64,000 bases of DNA, taken from positions 63,302,001 through 63,366,000 of the forward strand of contig OX597819.1 of the NCBI GenBank assembly GCA_951406725.2, written 5' to 3'. Made by a program: the position numbers and the translations under genes. Positions 53,647 to 64,000 of the stretch are shown piece by piece (the stretch's first letter is position 1; the number at the start of each line of letters is the position of its first letter). Under the pieces are notes generated by a model. That model made no database searches, was not told where the DNA came from, and was given only the letters and a program-made list of their open reading frames with translations. This stretch comes from Octopus vulgaris. Taxonomy: Eukaryota.

Positions 53647-53647
<1 letters not shown>
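53144..53647 (-). pseudogene. Older R4/Dong-like RLE domain fragment
   Basis: KEYTRRHDNI, KILWDF, PDILL, IIDISCP, VVPIIVGA and LGSARIL motifs. Confidence 0.8.
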
Positions 53648-53724
<77 letters not shown>

Positions 53725-53750
53725 TTCATCATTATTATTATTATTATTAT

Positions 53751-56700
53751 TTTTTTTTTTTCTTCTTTCAAATTTGCTTCCATTTCTTGCCGAGTGTCAT
53801 CCCGACTCCTAGGGCAAAGAAACTCATAGTATACATTGGTAGGCCATTACACCAAACTCAATAGTTCGTTCATTTTTATTTATTTTTTTTTTTTTTAAAG
53901 TTAAATTAAAATACATGAGCAGCAACAATTCTCACATCGACAATGCTCTTCTCAATACATGTGATGTACCAGTTAAGACAATCTTTTGCACTTCTTGCAG
54001 GGATGGTAAGCCAGGGATCATTCTCATATAATTTTCGGTTCCCTTCTTGATCATTCCTAGTGCTCCTACGATCACTGGTATTGTAACCGCCTTGAGATGC
54101 CACATTTTCTCAATTTCAATGAGTAGGTCTTTATATTTTCTGAGCTTGTCAAACTCTTTCGCTGAGATATTATGATCACAGGGGATGCTCATGTCGATCA
54201 ATAAGCAAACTTTATTGTTTTGGTCTTTCACAACAATATCTGGTTTATTGGCCTTGATGGTTCGGTCTGTATGTACTGGAAAGTCCCACAGAATGGTTAC
54301 ATTTCTCCTTCAGTTACAGCCTCAGGGTGGTGATTATACCACTTGTCGGCAGTTTTGATATTGTAATGCCGACTTATTAGCCAGTGTAGATATTGGCCAA
54401 CTCTGTCATGTCTTAATTTATACTCCACTGGTGCTAAGACTTTACATCCAGAGATTAGATGGTCCACTGTTTGAATCATGTCGTTGCAGAATCGGCATTT
54501 TGGGTCTGCTCCATTTTTCACTGGTAGTTCCGGGTTAATAGGCTTTGATCTTGAGCAGCCAGGATGAAACCTTCGCTCTCTGCTTTTAGCCCTGAGCTCC
54601 GTAGCCACTGATGGGTTTACTTCTGGTCAACATCAGCTTGTTTGCTGCGGGTCACATATTTGCCGTGCAGAGGTTTCTCCTCCCACCTATCAGCCAATTG
54701 CTCGTGCGCTTTTTTCGTTGCCATCATTTTCACCTTCTTTGCAACAATAGTTGCCGTACTTCCCTCGGGTTGTTCAGTTTTGGTATCCTGCACGAGATCA
54801 ATAGCAAATTTTTTGCTTTCCTTTATGATAGAATGAAGCTTCTTTCGCCTCTCGTGATTTTCCGCGAGCTTTAGCATCCAGTCATTCGATATTTCGAGAT
54901 ATTTGGCCAGTCCAATTGTGGTTGTTTTGTAAGCTAGTTCAAATTGGATCAGGCCTCGACCTCCTTGGGCTCTGGGAAGGTAAAGGCGATCTACGTCTGC
55001 CTTTGGGTGGTGCATCCTATTACAACTCAGCAGCTTGCGTATTTTCCTATCTATATTCTTTACTTCACTTATATTCCAGTTCAACACATTGTAGCTATAA
55101 GTAACAACTGGAACTGCTAAGGAATTTATAGCTAACACCTTGTTACGTGCATTTAGTTCAGATTTCAGGACTGCACGAACTCTCCTATAACATTCCTTCC
55201 TGATCTTCTCTTTCATGCTTGCATGCTGAATACCAGAGCCTTCATTTATCTCTAAATATTTGTATGTTTGTTCTTGCTCAAGCTCTCTTATGACTGTGTC
55301 AACATCTAACACGACTGAATTTGTGGTCTTCACTTTCCCTTTCTGGAAAGTGACCTTGGCAAACTTCTCAAGTCCAAACTCCATCCCGATATCATCGCTG
55401 AATGCTTTCACGGTGCGCAATAGGCCTTCAAGTTCATTATTGTCTTTACCATAAAGTTTTAAGTCATCCATATAAAATAGATGGCTTATTTTTTTATTGG
55501 CAATTTTATACCCATACCCTGTTCTGTTTAATTCACTTGTAAGGGGTATTAGGGCTATGCAGAATATTAAAGGTGAAAGTGAGTCACCTTGAAAAATTCC
55601 ACAGTTGATGTTTATATTTTCTGAGGTAAGTACTCCATTAGAGTGGTATAATTGGAGATTCGTATTCCACAACGACATATTGTGCTTCAGGAAGTTTGAA
55701 ATCACAGGGGAAATTTTGAAGATGTCCAGCGATCTCAAGGTCCATGGATGCGGTATACTGTCGAAGGCCTTTTTATAATCAATCCATGCGGTGCTGAGAT
55801 TTCTGCGCTTGTTGTGACAGTTCTCAAGGATCATACGATTGATTAGCAGTTGATCTTTGCATCCGTAAGAGCCTCGGCGGCACCCTTTTTGTTCAATGGG
55901 GAAAATATCGTTCTTCTCCATGAATGCATATGTTTTCTCCGCCAGGATAGATGTTAGGATTTTATACGTGGTGGATAGACAGGTTATAGGCCGATAGTTT
56001 TTTGGAAGGTTGGTTTCGTTATTCTTTGGGAGTAGGTAAGTAATGCCACTTGCTAACCATTCTGGTGTTTTCTTTGGGTCTCTCATAATTCCATTGAGCA
56101 GCTGAACTAGCTTACCGTGTGCGCATGGGAGTGATGCGAGCCAGAAATTCGGCACCCTATCTTTACCGGGGGATTTCCAATTATGGGCCTTCGTGAGTGC
56201 CTTTCTTAGGTCTGCTATTGTGATGTCTTCCCATGCTTGTTGTTGTAAATTTTGGTAGGATCCTTCAGTTTGTATAATCCAGTCTGCATTTATGTCGTAC
56301 GTCTTCTTGTCACTCCAAATCCTTTTCCAAAAGTTTTGAACTTCTTCCATGGGAGGGGGTCTTTAACGGTTACTTTCTCCTTCCCTATTTCTCTGTAGAA
56401 TTTTTTGGCATTGGATGTGAACCGCTTATTTTGCTTGTAAAACTTGTTTCTCTTCTCAAATCTTCGTATTCTTTGGGCTTTTGCTTGGACTTTTTGTTTC
56501 AGCGTTTCTTTTATTGATATCAGTTCTTCTCTTGGTGAGGATCCAAATTTTCTCTTCATCTTTCTTCCTGTTCTGGATCTTACATCATTTCCACATATTA
56601 GTTCATTTAATATTGATATTTCCCCTCTCATAAATTCGATCTCTTTTTCAATTTTACTTCTCCAGGTTTGATTTCTTCCCAGGTTTTGTTTTCTTTGTTT

Positions 56701-57680
56701 TTTCGGGGGCATAGAGCTGGTTTCAATTGCCCTAGCAGAAGCGTAAATAATTTCATTTAACTCAGTAAAATCAGGTTTTAATTCTCGTATTATTTCATTT
56801 GTTACATAGTTGCCAATTTGGATTTGTTTTTTTATTTTGGTTTGTATTTGAGAGTTTATGAAGTGGTTCTCTATCATTCATACTTGTATGTCTTACAACT
56901 TCAAGCGTATTCAGGATTTTCTGCCTCATTTCTGCCATAGACTCTCTGTGTTCTTCAGCAAATGCGAGATCTTCAGTTACTGTTGTTTTTTCGGTTTCCT
57001 GGCTATCTTTAACAGGTACAATAGAATTTCTTGTATCTTCAGGCCTTTGCGTACTTTGGTCAGATGGCAGTCTTTCAATTAAGCCTCGTGGCGGGCTATA
57101 CTGTTCATCTGATTCTTCATTTCCTTTGTGTCTTATATTTATGTCAGTTTCCGTTGCGTGCTTGATCGCGCTTATTTCACTGTCTGTGAGTCTGTTATTT
57201 CTAAGGATATCCCTCCTCACATTTGCTAATTTGTTCTCGTCCAAATAGGGCCTACTGTCTTGATTCCGTGTTCTCCATATACTGTAAGAGTTTGCGGTGT
57301 GTCTCTCTTGAGATGGCCTACCTAATGCATAGTAATAAGCGTATATTACTTCTTTATACTCTTCTCGGGTCCATTTGTTCCGCTTACATTTTTCTTTCTG
57401 TGGTGGTTGTGGTGGTGAACTTGGAGGGCTCGAGTTGGGGGATTTCCCGTTCAAGTGACCATCCATGTCCGTATTCGGAGAAGAGTTTGTGCCAGTTGAT
57501 GACTTTTCGATCCCAGGCTGACTCTTCCCTGGGGGACGCGCTTCCAGATTAACCTTAGGACAAGCGATTTGGTATACTGATTTAGTTTTCCTTTTAGTTT
57601 CCAAAAAACATTTTGGTGCTACGATAATGTTATCATTTTTTAGCTTTGATTGGCTCGTGGGGAGACGGCCATCATTGCCG
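53751..57680 (-). mobile_element. Near full-length R4/Dong-like non-LTR retrotransposon with restriction-like endonuclease
   Basis: Colinear ORF pieces 57604-53932; 3'UTR ends in an A tract then (TAA)n; 5' boundary approximate. Confidence 0.9.
53932..57604 (-). pseudogene. Single-ORF RT-RLE polyprotein, broken by a few frameshifts and at least one stop
   Basis: KWTREE N-terminal motif, KSPGKD, NYRPITCL, DYKKAFDS, GIFQGDSLSP, YMDDLK, LYLPRAQGGRGL, CRFC..HLISGC, RHD, KPDIVV, LIDMSIP and K..KY. Confidence 0.9.
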
Positions 57681-58818
57681 TTACAATTATAATCGTACCA
57701 TTATAGCAGCCGTAGTCGGCTTATTGTTATCATCACCATTACTATCACTATCATCATTATCACCACCATTACCATCATCGTTATCATCATCACCATCACC
57801 ATCACCACCATCATCATCAATGATATTGTTTTATGTGTAGTCACAGCAGTATCTTATTATTGTTATTTTTGTTTTTTATCATTATCACCATCACAGTAGC
57901 GTCTGTCTGTCTCGTTGGCTGGCTTGGTGGTTGGCTGGCTGACTGTCTTCAACGCCAGAGTTCTTGCCTGTCAAATAATACTTTCATATTTGGTTAACAA
58001 TAGAACGGAGGTGAGGTTTGTGTTGGTTGAACTCTTTGAGTGTGTGTGTGTGTGTAGATAGATAGATAGATTATCAGCACTATTACTATCATTATTATCA
58101 TCATCACCATCAGTGATATATTTTTTTTTTTTTTTAGGTGGGGTCCTGTCGGTCAAAAAAAGTTCAGATGTTTACTACTATTAGGCTTATGAAAAATTAA
58201 GGAAGGGATGTTCTGTATTGTTTGTGAATAGAGAAGTTGTGTTCAACCAGAGAGAATCTTAGCATCATCATTTTTTTTTCCATGTGCGTTTGTGTTATTG
58301 CAATAAAAAGTGTTTGTATATTTCGTGTAAGGTAATATTGTGGAGGTTGAAGTTGACTTTTCTAGAGATGTTTGTATGTCCAGTTAGAAGAACAGTTGTG
58401 TTTTTACAATAAAAAGTATATGTTTACATTTATATTTGAATATTCAGGGAGGAAGCAAAGAAAAGTCAGATTTTCATAGAAAGTTTTAGGGTTTTGCAAG
58501 TCCACAAAAAGAAAAGCGTGATGTTTTTAGAGAGAAGAAGAAAAAAAAAGGGTGCTTACAGAGGCAGTTGTGGGTGTTAAAGTTTTTAAAGCCGATCGGA
58601 TGTACGTTTGAAAGATGCAGATATGTAAATTTGTAAATTTCTTAACCAACTTTGAAGAGAATTTCAAATACTCACGAGGTATTGTAGATGTTCCAGTCTT
58701 TGAGAGTTATTTTCCCCGTTGCTAAACTGGCCCATATTAGTGTTTCTATGGCTTTCGGCCACCGAACTGTCAGAGCAGTGAGGAACACGTCCAGCCGCTG
58801 TCAAGGCTGGCGCTCAAC

Positions 58819-58873
<55 letters not shown>

Positions 58874-58884
58874 GTTATTATTAT

Positions 58885-59065
58885 TGAGTGAGAGAGCAGT
58901 GCATGCCATAAAAGTGACACGGATAAAATATACGAAGCCCAGTATACCCATCATGACTACCCGTCTGATTAGGGTACACTAGGCACATGCATCACAACCA
59001 TATGTGCGCGATATGGTGATCTCATATCAAGATAAACAGTGCATGACCTTGCAGGTGGGGCCACG
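58885..59065 (-). mobile_element. 3' end of the 52360-type repeat, ending in (AAT)n
   Basis: Reverse complement of CATATGGTTGTGATGCA region; terminates CTCACTC AATAATAA. Confidence 0.65.
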
Positions 59066-59106
59066 TTTACATCCTTTCTGTTTATTATCATCATCATCTT
59101 CTTCTT

Positions 59107-59202
<96 letters not shown>

Positions 59203-59212
59203 GTTATTATTG

Positions 59213-59264
<52 letters not shown>

Positions 59265-59332
59265 AAAACTCATAGCATATTTTGTTGGGTATGATGGAAA
59301 GTGTCAGCCGTCCACAGCCAGAAGACAGGTGA

Positions 59333-59391
<59 letters not shown>

Positions 59392-59392
<1 letters not shown>

Positions 59393-59945
59393 GAAAGACT
59401 CTCGGATAGTTCTTAATTACCGATTCTTTACTTGAAAGCAGGCAACAACAAATCACCAAAGGTTTTAAGTAGTGCCTTCTCTTGCGGCTCAAAGAGTCAG
59501 TACTCTCCTTAGAATGCGAGCTGTATCTAACAATGCTGTCTTCTGGATCACCTCGAACGTGACAGTAGCTCCAATGTTCTTAACATGCTTTTGAAAGGCC
59601 TTGGAATCTGCTCCTAATGTTCCAATTACCACCGGCATCACCATCAATTTCCTCATACCTCATAACTTTCCCATCTCCTCCTGCAGTGGCTGGTATTTCT
59701 CTTTTCTGTTTCCTTACATTTCACCTTCAAATCGCCTAGTTTTGCAACATATATTACCTTTAATTGTTTTTCATTTATTAGCTTTACTTCCTTATGGATG
59801 AGCGCAATATCTGATCGTCTAGTCTCTATGATTTGGTGGCACTGCATGTAATGTTTGTTTCCATTGTAATGTTTGTTTCCATTACTCCCTCCGGCTTGTG
59901 TTCATACCATTGTTTGGCTGCCTTTAGATTTGCGTTACCGCACAA
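59392..59945 (-). pseudogene. R4/Dong-like RLE fragment with 3'UTR and (TAA)n tail
   Basis: WYEHKPEGV, RRSDI, PVVIGTLGA and LLDTARILRRVL motifs. Confidence 0.75.
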
Positions 59946-59959
59946 CAGTCAGTGGACAT

Positions 59960-60760
59960 ATCGGGCCACATTTCTCTTTATCACATGATTTGTTGGATCT
60001 CCTAGTTTCTTGCGTGCGTAGCGGGCTTGCAACCTGCAGCTTACGGTACATTGCTATCCGTTCTTTTCAGCTATCTATTACTTTCATGATTATTTTGGCC
60101 GTGCCAAGGAGGCAAATCTTTTGTAACTTCTCTACTAGGCACTCTGTTCCAATTTCCTATATATTTACCTTGATGCCTTCTGATACTGTTTCCGATGACC
60201 CAACAATAATTGGCACTGTCTTCACATTCTTCATTTTCCATTTCCGGGCTGCTTCGTACTTAATGTGAGTTGTATTTATCTATCTTTACGCCTTCTTTCT
60301 TAAATATTCATCGGTCAAAGGGACATGCAACATCAATTATATAGCATGTGTGATGCACCTTGTCGACCACCACTAGGCCCGGTCTGTTATGCTTTAGCAC
60401 CGAATCTTTTTGGATTGGGAAATCCCAGAGGATTTTGCTATTTTCCCACACCACCACTCTGTGCGGTTTGTGCTCATACCACGACTTGCCACTCTCTAGA
60501 ATCCACAGTTTCCAGTGTAGCACTTTTTCTCCTTGATCATTTCGCCCCAACTTGCAGTGGTTTTAAGCAAGTCTAGGGCATTTGTTTGTGATATATGCAA
60601 TGGTTTCATCCACTCTATTGCATATGCGGTACAGCGGAGACATTTGCTCATTCTTAAGGTTGACCCTCCAGTTGTGTTGGTATTGCGCTGACAGTATAGT
60701 GCACTCGGACTCATTTTTAGTGTTCCTTTCATCAGCCAATCCCACCCATTTTTCCATTAA
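59960..60760 (-). pseudogene. R4/Dong-like zinc knuckle plus RLE fragment
   Basis: ICNRVDETIAYI..C, WYEHKP, KILWDFPIQ, HNRPG, IIDVACPFD, VPIIVGS and LGTAKII motifs. Confidence 0.8.
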
Positions 60761-60888
60761 CTTCTGTTGTGACTATATTGAACTGATCATCATCATCATC
60801 ATCATCTTCATTATCCTCCTCCTTCTCCTCCCCTTCTTCTCCACCTCCTCCTCCTCCTTCTCCTTCCCCTCCTTCTTCTTCTTCTTAC

Positions 60889-60963
<75 letters not shown>

Positions 60964-61512
60964 GGTCCTGTGAGGAACATTTGAATTTTGAGGCTCCTGG
61001 GCTCCAGTGAACAAATAGGGTCGATATAATTCACTTTACATTTCGCTAACCACGTAGCACACTTAACGGCAGAGATTTCATTTAACAAAGTCCTCTCATT
61101 ACTCATCTTAATCGAAAGAGATTTAAAAATTCTGTCATTCAATGACTGAAATTTCTGTTTGAAGTTTTTCAGTCGTTGCCAATAAGCTCTAAACACACCA
61201 GTCTATATTAATTGGATTTGTAATTGTGTTTATTATAACGATTCATCAACTCAACTTTATTTTTTATATTTCCTTTCTCTGTTATTCTTCGCATTGTTGT
61301 GCTTTCCCTTTTCTTTTTATCGATTTTCTCATGTTTATCCTATTCTGTTTCCGCCATATTCACTTACGCATACACTATCATGCATTCTCAAACTCAATCA
61401 CAAACTATAGGCATGCACTAATGTATCTCTGCATATACATATATTCATATAGGCATTTATATATCTATGTATATATGTATATATATGTATATATATATAT
61501 ATACATATATAA

Positions 61513-61566
<54 letters not shown>

Positions 61567-61583
61567 GTATATATATTTATATA

Positions 61584-62920
61584 CAGTGGCGGTCAAAATG
61601 TTCAGAACGGCATTGCTTTCGTTAGAAAAGTAGATATAATTTTTTATCAAAGTGGTTTTATATTCTATAATTTTCACAGACAATAAATACGATATTATTT
61701 GTTATTTTGGTGTTATTTGAGAGGATAATACAAAAGTTATGGATGATTTAGTGATTTACTCTAAAACCCATGGCGGCCAAAATAATCAGAACGGTTGCTT
61801 GTAATCCGTGTTTTATTATATTTAACCGGCGAACTCTAATGTTTTGAATTTGTTTACGTGACGGTTCGTTTACTAAACATTAGTGAGAATATTTGCAGTG
61901 TACTTTGTTAATATAATGCCACTTACTCTGTTACCAATTCGTCAGCAGATTATTAAGCTTCGAAGGAAGGATAATTTAAGTATTGGATCTATTGCAAAGA
62001 TTGTTAACAAGTCAAAAAGTGTTGTACACGGTATTCTTAAGGTGTACGATGATTGTGGTTCGTGTGAAGCAAGAAAGTCTACAGGTAGGCCAAGAAAAAC
62101 GACCAAGAGAGAAGATCGTGCTATGGTAAAGTTGGTTAAAAAGGACAGCTTTAAAACTACTGCTGTTGTTTCTCGGGAAATGAGCATTGTACTGAAGAAA
62201 AGTTTATCTCGATAAACTCTGTCTTGTTTAGTTGAACATGACCTACAAGCAAGAGCACCTGCAGTGAAGCCACTGATCAGCTCCAAGAAGAAAAAGTGTT
62301 GTCTTACCTTTGCAACCGAACATGTGTTGTGAATCAAGAAAAATGGCAAACGTTGCATTTCAGTGATGAATCTTAGTTTATGTTATTTGGCTCAGATGGG
62401 AAAAGGTACGTTCGTCGAAAAGTAGGTGAAAAATTGTCGCCTAAATGCCTTAAGACTTGTGTTAAATTCGGTGGAAGAAGCGTCATGGTTTGGCGGATGA
62501 TATCTGGAGATGGTGTGGGCCCTTTGGTGCAATTACATGGAAAGGTAAATGCAGGAGTTTATAAACAACTTGTAAAAGATCATGTCTTGCCTGTGCTGAG
62601 AAATTCAACCAAGCGACCACCCGTATTCATGCAGGACAATGCCCCATGTCATAAGGCTAAGGTGGTCATGAACTTCCTCAAGGCTGAAAAGGTTATTGTT
62701 ATGGATTGGCCAGCTCAAAGCCCAGACCTCAATCCTATTGAAAATGTGTGGAATATTCTAGGAGAACGTTCGAAAGCCAGAAATCCTAAAACAACCGAGC
62801 AATTATGGGATGCCCTTCAGGAAGAATGGAATGATCACCCAGCAGGAAATTGAAAATTTAATTTCCTCATGCAGTCGAAGATGTCAGAATGTGATTGAAG
62901 CTAAAGGGCTTCACACTAAA
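61584..62920 (+). mobile_element. Tc1-like (DD34E) transposon with IR/DR left end; own right TIR missing
   Basis: TA|CAGTGGCGGTCAAAATGTTCAGAACG with inner repeat TGGCGGCCAAAATAATCAGAACG at 61771. Confidence 0.88.
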
Positions 62921-62922
62921 TA
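61916..62922 (+). pseudogene. Tc1 transposase pseudogene
   Basis: GRPRK, FSDES, VKFGG.SVMVW, QDNAPCH, WPAQSPDLNPIEN and G..TKY motifs; stops and frameshifts present. Confidence 0.9.
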
Positions 62923-62949
62923 TCGGCACAAATTTTCTGGACAACCTAG
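62919..62949. mobile_element. Solo mariner TIR of the 40644-41209 family
   Basis: ATCGGCACAAATTTTCTGGACAACCTAG|TA versus ATCGGCACAAACTTTCCGGACAACCCAA|TA. Confidence 0.75.
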
Positions 62950-63139
62950 TATGTATATATGCATTTCTCTCTCTTTTTCTCTCTCTTTATATATACATAT
63001 CGTCACTATTGCATAGAGCAGAAATATATATATATATATTTAGGAAGCTAAATATTATACCCGGTCATGAAGCAACCATTAGTTTCGCACCTATAAGCCA
63101 AATAATAATATAGGTGACTCGTCAAACTGAAATCGGCCG

Positions 63140-63632
63140 AAGTGCATAACCTCTCTACAGCTGGAGGAAAAGATACGTGACGGTCAGTTAGTTTTCTATA
63201 TAGAAAATATTTCTCCATGCCGGCTGCTGCAGTTGGGGTGGGTTATCATCCTTACATCGGCTCCCGTCTTGGGGATATTCGAAGGGGGCTGCTAATTCCA
63301 AGGTTTTAGAAGGAAATATTTTGATCAGAGAATTAATCTTTCCTGGAGTTTAAAAAAGAACCAGGTCAAGCGAGTTTTTCTTTTTAATCTTGTTGTCTGA
63401 AGCAGCAGAGGAAACAGTACCGACAGTTACAACGGCAGCAACAGCACTAATATTACGAAGGAAAATGGCCGCTTCGGAATTGCTGGCATCAGGTCAAGCA
63501 CCGGCTGCGACTCCAGCAACAACAACAAAAACGACATCAGAGCTGATATTAACGAAACAAACCATCAGCTGTGGTAGCACAGGCAGGAAAACAAGTCGGT
63601 GCATCGGTGTAACATTGTTCCCGTTTATGTAA
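63140..63632 (+). other. Non-repetitive, GC-richer island with possible host exon(s)
   Basis: CTCTCTACAG|LEEKIRD|GTCAGT at 63161-63182; AAAATGG start at 63465 opening MAASELLASGQAPAATPATTT. Confidence 0.25.
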
Positions 63633-63726
63633 CATTTGAATAATCACAAGCTGTCTTTTTAGAGCAAAAATCCTCTTCTACTTTAAGCAGTATTACTAAT
63701 TATGAGCTACAATGCAAATACATACC

Positions 63727-63814
<88 letters not shown>

Positions 63815-63957
63815 ATATATATATCTGTTTATGGTAAAGTTTCGAATATTTAAATTCAGCTCCTATTCCCTTATGCCGACAACCAAATATGATGCTGACT
63901 AGAGAGCCGGATTGTCAGGCTTGTATCAAGTTATACCAATATAACGTAGGATAAATA

Positions 63958-64000
<43 letters not shown>

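Overview
AT-rich, microsatellite-saturated animal genomic DNA. The SINE, Penelope and microsatellite landscape looks like an octopus/cephalopod genome (inference). No host protein-coding gene can be assembled, and most ORFs in the track are artefacts of (TA)n, (CA)n, (CTAT)n and (AAT)n repeats. The window is mostly transposable elements: a near full-length R4/Dong-like RLE retrotransposon with three older relatives beside (TAA)n tracts; HERO-, RTE- and L1/Tx1-like LINE fragments; Penelope-like GIY-YIG remnants; mariner and Tc1 copies; and many tRNA-derived SINEs. The main signal is a dense set (about 15) of hammerhead-ribozyme (HHR) motifs, mostly minimal type I Penelope-style. Two unrelated elements carry HHR motifs whose three strands lie in a non-circularly permuted, pseudoknotted order: a HERO-like 3'UTR at ~35.7 kb, and a non-coding retrozyme-like element at 36.06-37.29 kb with two copies 831 nt apart. 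A perfect 130-bp palindrome encodes an HHR on both strands. Plus-strand splice signals (an 18-nt microexon candidate and an AG|GT ratchet-like site) suggest the window may lie in long introns of a host gene. All RNA structures were paired by eye and are untested.
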